Positions 57,643 through 64,000 of a stretch of DNA of 64,000 nucleotides are shown here, one piece after another. Position 1 is the first letter of the stretch. Every line of letters starts with the position of its first letter. Origin of the DNA: Dehalococcoidia bacterium (GTDB lineage: Bacteria; Chloroflexota; Dehalococcoidia; Lucifugimonadales; VXLM01); contig OY759598.1 in the NCBI GenBank assembly GCA_963662435.1, forward strand, positions 1,210,507 through 1,274,506. The letters run 5' to 3'. The position numbers and the translations under genes were made by a program. The notes beneath the pieces are model-generated. The model did no database searches. It was not told the origin of the DNA and was given only the letters and a program-made list of their open reading frames with translations.

Positions 57643-58806
57643 CTAGTGGGCGCCGTTTCCATTTGCACCGTTTCCATTCTGGAAGAAGTCGAATTTCTCG
57701 AATGTGCCGTTCACGATCGGCACCGGGTCGAGTTTGAGCCAGTCCTCCAGGATGGACGTGTACGTGATGCGGAAGTCGTTGTTGAAGTGCAGGTCGCCTT
57801 CCAGGTGGTCCCGTTCCTTCAATGACGGATACGAGCTGTAGACGCCGCCCTTGACGTTGTTGCCGATCAGGAAGGCAACGCCGCCTGACCCGTGGTCGGT
57901 ACCGGAACCGTTATCCTTGATGCGTCTGCCGAACTCGGAGAAGAGCAGGATGGACGTATCATCGCCGGCGTTGTGCTCGTCCATGTCGTCCATGAAGTCG
58001 CCAATCGCAGCGGACAGTTCCGACCACAGCTGGTGATGCGTGGCCAGCTCTCCCGCGTGAGTGTCGTAGCTCCCCTGCTGCGTGTAGTAGATGCGAGTAC
58101 CGAGGTCGGCGAACATCACCTGCGCAGCGTCCTTCATACTCTGCCCAATTGAAGAGGAGGCGTACTCGACGTTGGAATGGTACTTGTCCACTGCCGTCCG
58201 CAGGATGTCCGCGCCCTTGAGGGCGTCGGTACCGGTCTGGCCGAGGAATTCCATGACCGCGTCGCCGCCATTGGCCGAGCCGTACATCTTGGCGAATGTG
58301 TTGAGTACCGTCTTGCGTCGGCTCTCATCGTCAACGTCGGTGAAGAGGCCATAGGTCTCAAGATTGCCGACCGACGCCACAGGCACTCCACGCTTGCCGA
58401 GTGCTCTTGGCAGTCCGCGCCCGAAGTTGACCGCGGTCAGGACGTTTTCGCCTTCGGGATCGAGTTCCTCGGTGGCGCGACCCAGCCAGCCCTCGTGGCC
58501 GATGTCCTCCGGCAAGGCAGTGTGCCAGATGTCCATCGAGCGGAAGTGCGAGCGGTTGGGATTCGGGTAGCCGATGCCATGGATAATGGCGACCTTCCCC
58601 TCGTCCCATAGACGCTTGATCGCCTCCATGCCCGGACGGAAGCCGGTCTGGTCGTCGATGGGCAGGACGTCCTCCGGCTTTATGTGGATCGACCCACGAA
58701 AGTCGTAGTACAGCCCGTTTCCATAGGGCACGACCGTGTTCAAATAGTCGTTCCCTCCGCTCAATTGGACGACTACGAGCTTGTTGTTATCGGTTGTCGC
58801 TGCCAT
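57643..58806 (-). CDS. DUF1501 family protein (no Tat signal)
   Basis: VQLSGGND, GYPNPNRSHFRS, GWLGR, DTH, FSEFGRR, GTDHG; ATG 58806 after GAAGGGAG. Confidence 0.92.
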   Translation of the reverse strand: MAATTDNNKLVVVQLSGGNDYLNTVVPYGNGLYYDFRGSIHIKPEDVLPIDDQTGFRPGMEAIKRLWDEGKVAIIHGIGYPNPNRSHFRSMDIWHTALPEDIGHEGWLGRATEELDPEGENVLTAVNFGRGLPRALGKRGVPVASVGNLETYGLFTDVDDESRRKTVLNTFAKMYGSANGGDAVMEFLGQTGTDALKGADILRTAVDKYHSNVEYASSSIGQSMKDAAQVMFADLGTRIYYTQQGSYDTHAGELATHHQLWSELSAAIGDFMDDMDEHNAGDDTSILLFSEFGRRIKDNGSGTDHGSGGVAFLIGNNVKGGVYSSYPSLKERDHLEGDLHFNNDFRITYTSILEDWLKLDPVPIVNGTFEKFDFFQNGNGANGNGAH

Positions 58807-58921
58807 GTTTGATCTCCCTTCCGGCGCATAGGCACTATGGCCCGCCGTCACAGCCTGTATGACGTTTGCGCTAAATCTACAACAAACGTGCTCTTCTATC
58901 AAGGTCTTTACGAGATTCTTG

Positions 58922-58965
58922 GCGGAGGTTGATGCGGAGGTTGATGAGGAGGTTGATGAGGAAGT
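58922..58965. repeat. 12-bp tandem repeat G(C/A)GGAGGTTGAT, three copies plus a partial
   Basis: gcggaggttgat gcggaggttgat gaggaggttgat gaggaagt. Confidence 0.8.
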
Positions 58966-59056
58966 ATAGAACGTAGCCTGAATGTCGCACCTTTACTTTG
59001 ACGCCACTCTGGTTTAGCCTCTTGCCGACAATCGCACAGCCGCAAGGAGAAAACGA

Positions 59057-59827
59057 GTGCAGAACCGCATCAAGATAAAACTACAGAACGGCAAGGCAAT
59101 TATCGGGACCATCCCTGCCATCGATCATCCCACCACGCTCAGGGCGCTGGGGGCGTCTGAATTCGACTTTTTCCTCATCGACACCCAGCACAGCCAAATC
59201 GACATCACCACGCTCTACAAGATGATGGGCGATCTCGGCAGGGCCAAAGAGGTCATCGTTCGGGTGCCATTCAACGAGACCTTTCTCATCAACGCCGCCA
59301 TCGACGCGGGGGCGGACGGGGTCATCGTGCCTCTCACCAACACGCCGGAAGCGGTCGAGAAGGCCGTGCAGGCCGCCAAGTTCCCGCCCAGAGGCGTCCG
59401 AAGCTGGGGGCCGAAGGGTGCGGTCAACTACGGTGGGCCCGAGAAGTACGCCGGGATTGCCAACGACGAGGTCATCGTCTGGCCCCAGATCGAGACATTG
59501 GAGGCCGTCGAGAACCTCGACGACATCCTCACCATCGACGGCGTGGACGGGATCATGATCGGCCCGGCAGACCTCGGTTGGTCGATGGGCTTCATGCCCC
59601 ACGAGGGGAAGGAAGAGGTTGAGAGGATGTTCCAGCACGTGCTCGACAAGTGCATCGAGCACAACGTCCCTTGGGGAATGTTCACATCCACCTACGAGAG
59701 GGCTGAACAGTGGCTTGATCGCGGCGGAAAGATCGCGACCGTCGGGTCCGACGCAGGATTCATGGCCGATGGCATGGCTGCGACCGAACGGCTGGTCAAC
59801 GAATTGAGGAAGAGGGTCAATTCCTAA
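59057..59827 (+). CDS. HpcH/HpaI aldolase family protein
   Basis: IDTQH, IVRVP, DAGADGVIVP, FPPRGVR, QIET, IGPADL. Confidence 0.9.
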   Translation: MQNRIKIKLQNGKAIIGTIPAIDHPTTLRALGASEFDFFLIDTQHSQIDITTLYKMMGDLGRAKEVIVRVPFNETFLINAAIDAGADGVIVPLTNTPEAVEKAVQAAKFPPRGVRSWGPKGAVNYGGPEKYAGIANDEVIVWPQIETLEAVENLDDILTIDGVDGIMIGPADLGWSMGFMPHEGKEEVERMFQHVLDKCIEHNVPWGMFTSTYERAEQWLDRGGKIATVGSDAGFMADGMAATERLVNELRKRVNS

Positions 59828-59878
59828 GTGGTGTTACACCCTCGCGCCAACCACTCTCTGCAACCCTCCAACCCAAAA

Positions 59879-59961
59879 CGTTCGTGGTGAGCCACCCTCA
59901 ATCCGTTCGTGGTGAGCCTGTCGAACCATGAACGCCCATTCGAAAAACAAAGGGCAAACCG
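59879..59961. repeat. REP-like cluster (CCGTTCGTGGTGAGCCTGTCGAACC family)
   Basis: Partial copy 59879-59893, full copy 59903-59931, degenerate inverted copy to about 59961. Confidence 0.7.
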
Positions 59962-59989
59962 AGCAGCCGTTCTCGATGCCCAATTAGTG

Positions 59990-60037
59990 CTTAAACATGA
60001 CACCGCCCGGCTTGCTGACCGGGCGGTGCGTGTTAAG
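59990..60037. terminator. Hairpin between convergent aldolase and secF (probable terminator)
   Basis: CACCGCCCGG-CTTGCTGA-CCGGGCGGTG with extendable outer arms. Confidence 0.6.
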
Positions 60038-60046
60038 TTGATTCCC

Positions 60047-60991
60047 TTAAGCGGATTCGGATGCGGCTCGGGCGGCTGGAGACCTGCCCATCAGCCGCAG
60101 GAAGAAGCGACCAACCGCGCCTGACTCCCAAACGACCAGCAACGGCGTGGCGATGCCGATACTGCTGTAGGTCCCGGCGATGACGCCGATGATGAGCACG
60201 TAGAGGAAGATGCGAATGGTCTCACCGCCGACCAGCAGGAGCGCAAGCAGGGTGAACAGGAGCGTCAGGCTCGTGTTGAGCGACCTGCCCATGCTCTCCA
60301 TGATGCTGACATTGGCGTTATGAGTGAGCGTGCGGTTCGGGTACAGGATGATATTCTCACGCAGACGGTCGAACACCACGATGGTGTCGTTCACGCTGTA
60401 TCCGATGACGGTCAGGATCGCCACAAGGAACATCGTATTGACCTCGATGTCCGCGACCTCTCCCAAGATAGCGAAGATGCCGATGACGATCATCGAGTCG
60501 TGTACGAGAGCCACGATTGCCGCAAGGCCGTACCGGAACGGGCTGGGAACGTTCCGGAATGCCCACCACAGGTAGAGGAAGATGCCGATGGCGGCGGCGA
60601 CCACGGCGTAGAAGGCGTTTAGCACTGTCTCCGCCGCTACTACGGGCGAGACGAGATCGAACGCCAGCAGCTCCACGCCACCAGGTGACTCCCGACGCTG
60701 GATCTCCGCGATGACGTTGTCCTTTTCCTCATCCCTCAGCTCCTTAGTGCGGATGAAGAAGGTCTTGTCGTCCATTTTCTGAATCACGACGTCCGGATGC
60801 CCCAGATCGGTCATTACGCCGCGCAGCGCGTCCTGCGTGACCGAGTCGGTCACTTCGAACATCACGGTCGAGCCACCGGTGAAGTCGATCCCCGGCTTCA
60901 GCCCCGGAGCGATGATGAGGAATATTACTCCCGGCAAGAGGATCACAGCCGACAGCACGAAGAACCAGATGCGCTTTCCTACGAAGTCCAC
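60047..60991 (-). CDS. secF: Protein translocase subunit SecF
   Basis: GIDFTGG, ALVHD, IGYSVNDTIVVFDRLRE, GRSLNTSLT, GTYSSIGIA. Confidence 0.96.
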   Translation of the reverse strand: MDFVGKRIWFFVLSAVILLPGVIFLIIAPGLKPGIDFTGGSTVMFEVTDSVTQDALRGVMTDLGHPDVVIQKMDDKTFFIRTKELRDEEKDNVIAEIQRRESPGGVELLAFDLVSPVVAAETVLNAFYAVVAAAIGIFLYLWWAFRNVPSPFRYGLAAIVALVHDSMIVIGIFAILGEVADIEVNTMFLVAILTVIGYSVNDTIVVFDRLRENIILYPNRTLTHNANVSIMESMGRSLNTSLTLLFTLLALLLVGGETIRIFLYVLIIGVIAGTYSSIGIATPLLVVWESGAVGRFFLRLMGRSPAARAASESA

Positions 60992-61034
60992 GAATTTACT
61001 CCCGGATAATTCTCATTGAAATTGATCATCCGCC

Positions 61035-62996
61035 CTAGCCTCTTGGCTCAAGCTGAAGCTGAGGAAGACTCTTGCCCTCGGTCGGAACGAACCAGCGCAG
61101 ACGCCTGCCCAGCCCCGTCAGCGCGACTATGCGGAGGAGCGTCCTGCTCACGAAGATGGCTGAGAACATGCTGAGCAGCACACCGATGGCGAGCGTCGCC
61201 GCGAAGCCCTGCACCACCGTCGCGCCCAGGGTATCGGCAAACCAGTACAGGATGCCGGACGTTATCAGGGTCGAAACGTTGCTGTCCCGAATGGCGGACC
61301 AAGCCCTGTTGAACCCGATGTTGATCGAGGAGAGGAGCGTACGTCCGGCCCTCATCTCCTCCTTCATTCTCTCGAATATCAGGATGTTCGCGTCCACCGC
61401 CATACCTACCGACAGGATGGCGGCTGCCACACCGGAGAGCGTAAGCGTTACGGGCAGCATCTTGAATATCGCTATGAGCATCAGGGCGTAGATGAGCAGC
61501 GCCAGCGCCGCGATAAGGCCCGGCATTCGGTAGTACAGCACCATGAACAGGAATACGAGAATCAGACCGACCACTCCGGCCCTCACGCTCTTTTCCAACG
61601 AGTCCGAGCCGAGAATTGCGTCTACGTCCTTCTCCAGTATCAGCTCGATCGGAATCGGCAGTCGCCCCGACTCCAACAGCAGAGCGATGTCTCTCACGCG
61701 ATCGATGGTAAAGTCTCGTCCGGAGATGAACGCGGTCCCCCCGGTGATTGCCTGTTCGGCAACCGGCGCGATCAACTCTTCATCGTCTAGGAAGATGGCA
61801 ATCTGATCGGCCGTACCTGCAATCTCGGTCGTTATTTCGGCGAACTTCCTCGTGCCCTCGCCGTTGAACTCTATGTTTACGATGGGTGCGCCCGACCCCT
61901 GGTGCTGGCCAGGATAGGCGCGGGCCAAGTCATCACCCGTAAGGTTGATGTCCTCGTCTACCCTGCCCTTGATCAGCTTGAAGACCAGTTCGCCACCAGG
62001 CGGGAACTGCTTTTCTGCATCCGCCAGCGGGTCTTCGCTATCGATCAACGACTCGATCAGGCTGATGACATACTTATTTGTGTCAATAATCTCCCGAACG
62101 TTCGGTTCTCCTCCAACCGGGAACAGAGTTCCGTCGTCCAAGAACAGGATGGGCTGGTAGGTAACTTCGACTTCCTGTGCGTCACTCCCCGACAGTGAAA
62201 ATGCCAGCCTATCAGGGTAGGTGGCATCGGTACCCGTCACCGGAACCAGACTGTCTCGCAGTTCAGCAACGTACGCCGCAAATTTCTCCAGGCCGCTATC
62301 GCTGAATTCCACTTCAATGCCTGGTGGGCCCGGTACTGCGGGAGCCGCGTCCGCTTCACCTTCTTGGTCGGTTGAGGTGGCATCCGTCGCTTCCGTGGAT
62401 TCCGAATCCTCAGTGGTAGAGTCGTCCGACTCTTGGGTGGACGAATCCTCAGATACTTCGGTGTCGGTCTCCTCTGTGGCCTCGGGCGGAGAGAACAATT
62501 CGGGCGTCATCTCTACGATCCGATAGCCAACGATGTCACCTGCCTCAAGCTCCAACGGCTGAGGGACATTTCTCGTCCGATGCAGGAATTCCAACTGGGC
62601 TGTCTCGCCAATCAGCGACTTCGCGGTGTCGGGATCACTAACGCCGGGAATCTGTATCAACAAGCGGTCATTGCCCAATACCTGGAGTATCGGCTCACCG
62701 AGGCCCGAAGAGTTGAGCCGGCGCTCGATGGTCCGCTTCAACGCGTCCATCTGGTCCGCGGTTGGAGGAATCCTCTCGCCAGTCATCTGACCCTCATCAT
62801 CGGGCTCGCTCACTACGTTGGCCTGATATACGAGGTGGCTCCCACCCTGGAGGTCGAGCCCTAGCGTGAGTCCCAGCAGCGTGTCTTCGCCGCCGCGCTG
62901 GAAGTTCCCGATCGTGATCGTCTTGAATCCGACCGCAAGGCCGGACAACACGACCAGGACCACTATGAAGATCAGAATCCTGGCGTATCTGCGCAA
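61035..62996 (-). CDS. secD: Protein translocase subunit SecD
   Basis: LGLDLQGG, G.DRLLIQIPG, AIFLDD, SGRLP, GMAVDANILIFER, DSNVSTLI, GFA.TL. Confidence 0.96.
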   Translation of the reverse strand: MRRYARILIFIVVLVVLSGLAVGFKTITIGNFQRGGEDTLLGLTLGLDLQGGSHLVYQANVVSEPDDEGQMTGERIPPTADQMDALKRTIERRLNSSGLGEPILQVLGNDRLLIQIPGVSDPDTAKSLIGETAQLEFLHRTRNVPQPLELEAGDIVGYRIVEMTPELFSPPEATEETDTEVSEDSSTQESDDSTTEDSESTEATDATSTDQEGEADAAPAVPGPPGIEVEFSDSGLEKFAAYVAELRDSLVPVTGTDATYPDRLAFSLSGSDAQEVEVTYQPILFLDDGTLFPVGGEPNVREIIDTNKYVISLIESLIDSEDPLADAEKQFPPGGELVFKLIKGRVDEDINLTGDDLARAYPGQHQGSGAPIVNIEFNGEGTRKFAEITTEIAGTADQIAIFLDDEELIAPVAEQAITGGTAFISGRDFTIDRVRDIALLLESGRLPIPIELILEKDVDAILGSDSLEKSVRAGVVGLILVFLFMVLYYRMPGLIAALALLIYALMLIAIFKMLPVTLTLSGVAAAILSVGMAVDANILIFERMKEEMRAGRTLLSSINIGFNRAWSAIRDSNVSTLITSGILYWFADTLGATVVQGFAATLAIGVLLSMFSAIFVSRTLLRIVALTGLGRRLRWFVPTEGKSLPQLQLEPRG

Positions 62997-63020
62997 CGTT
63001 CTCTCCGTCCGACGTTTCTC

Positions 63021-64000
63021 TTATGCACCATGTATACCGTTACCGTTTGCCGTCTCCGCTTCCAACAATCTGCCCGCGAGCCGCATCGCGTCATCCCTGG
63101 TCGCCACTTCACCCGCGGCCTGCGCCTCATTCACCGCATCGAGGACCCTGCCGATCCGGGGGCCGGGTCCAACGGAGAAACCGTCCATCACGTCAACGCC
63201 GGTAATGAGCCTGGGGGCCGGAGGCTTCTCCAGTTCGGCGTTCAAGATGAATTCCATCAGGTCGCAGTGTTCTTGCCACTCACCACGCTCCAACAGGGGT
63301 CCGCGCGCAGCAAGATAGTCGGCCATGTTGAGGTAGAGTGTCGATTTGGCGGCGTCGCCCAGTTCCCTGTAATACCGGAAGAGGGCCCTTCGCGTGGGCA
63401 TCGCCTCACGTTCAGCCAACTGCTTGGGCCGAAGATGGTGGCGAACGAGTGTCCTCACAAATTGCCTGCCGCGTGTTCCGAACCGCAGCCTATCGAGTAT
63501 TTCGTCCACGACCTCCGCGCCCACCTTGTGGTGACCTAGGAACCGAATCCTCCCGTTTTCTTCTCTGGTTTTGGTCGACGGCTTCGCGATGTCGTGAAGC
63601 AGCCCACTCAATCTTACCAGAGTCGAACGGCTATGTCCGTCGCTTATGCGCTCTTGGAAGTACGAGTCCATGTCCGGGAAGGTAGGAACAGGGTCCAAGA
63701 CCCAGCTTTCCACAGCCTCTGAACGGCCAAGAATCGCCTCGACCATACCTACCGTTTCAACGCAGTGGTTGAAGACGTCCCAGTAGTGTTCCTTTGGCTG
63801 CGAGACCTCCCGTGCTTCATCAAGCTCGGGGAAGACCACGCTCAGCAGACCCAAGTCATCCAGGACTCTGACCGAGTCCCTAGCGTCCGGTAAGGCCAAT
63901 ATCTTGAGCAGTTCGTCACGCACCCGTTCGGGCGATGACAGCCCCAGCATCCGGGCCTTCAGTCGGACAGTCTCCCGGGTCTCTTCGGTTATGGTCAGGC
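63021..64000 (-). CDS. HD-domain CCA-adding / poly(A) polymerase-family protein (5' end outside window)
   Basis: SPERVRDEL.KIL, H..DVFNH, LLHDIAKP, FLGHH.VGA, HHLRP, ITG.D...GPGPRIG; frame stays open to the window edge. Confidence 0.85.
   Translation of the reverse strand, partial: LTITEETRETVRLKARMLGLSSPERVRDELLKILALPDARDSVRVLDDLGLLSVVFPELDEAREVSQPKEHYWDVFNHCVETVGMVEAILGRSEAVESWVLDPVPTFPDMDSYFQERISDGHSRSTLVRLSGLLHDIAKPSTKTREENGRIRFLGHHKVGAEVVDEILDRLRFGTRGRQFVRTLVRHHLRPKQLAEREAMPTRRALFRYYRELGDAAKSTLYLNMADYLAARGPLLERGEWQEHCDLMEFILNAELEKPPAPRLITGVDVMDGFSVGPGPRIGRVLDAVNEAQAAGEVATRDDAMRLAGRLLEAETANGNGIHGA

Overview
GC-rich bacterial chromosomal window. Gene content (LLM monooxygenase, SelA-like PLP enzyme, CocE/NonD hydrolase, DUF1800/DUF1501/NHL cluster, style of recA, hisIE and secDF) suggests Chloroflexota, most likely Dehalococcoidia/SAR202-like; this is inference only. 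It holds about 55 CDS: housekeeping genes (hisIE, recA, rpsN, secD, secF, a partial CCA-type enzyme), catabolic enzymes and two ABC systems. One complete IS5 element sits at 14525-15718 with a CTAG duplication, and several REP-like palindromes occur in intergenic gaps. I recognised no rRNA, tRNA or CRISPR array. Most notable: (1) a leader-peptide plus terminator/antiterminator attenuator upstream of rtcB, beside an AlkZ-like glycosylase and recA; (2) a signal-peptide-less DUF1501-hypothetical-(DUF1800-NHL)x2-amidohydrolase operon; (3) a decayed sterol C-24 methyltransferase (ERG6/SMT-like) gene hidden in an apparent intergenic gap; (4) a DUF2089/SHOCT operon whose SHOCT-like domains are fused to hexapeptide beta-helices; (5) an HTH-TM-TPR regulator divergent from two vWA lipoproteins and a DUF4349-PKD protein; (6) a small family of tail-anchored proteins, one copy broken by both IS5 and a 14-bp duplication. 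Family calls come from motif recognition by eye, not database searches.
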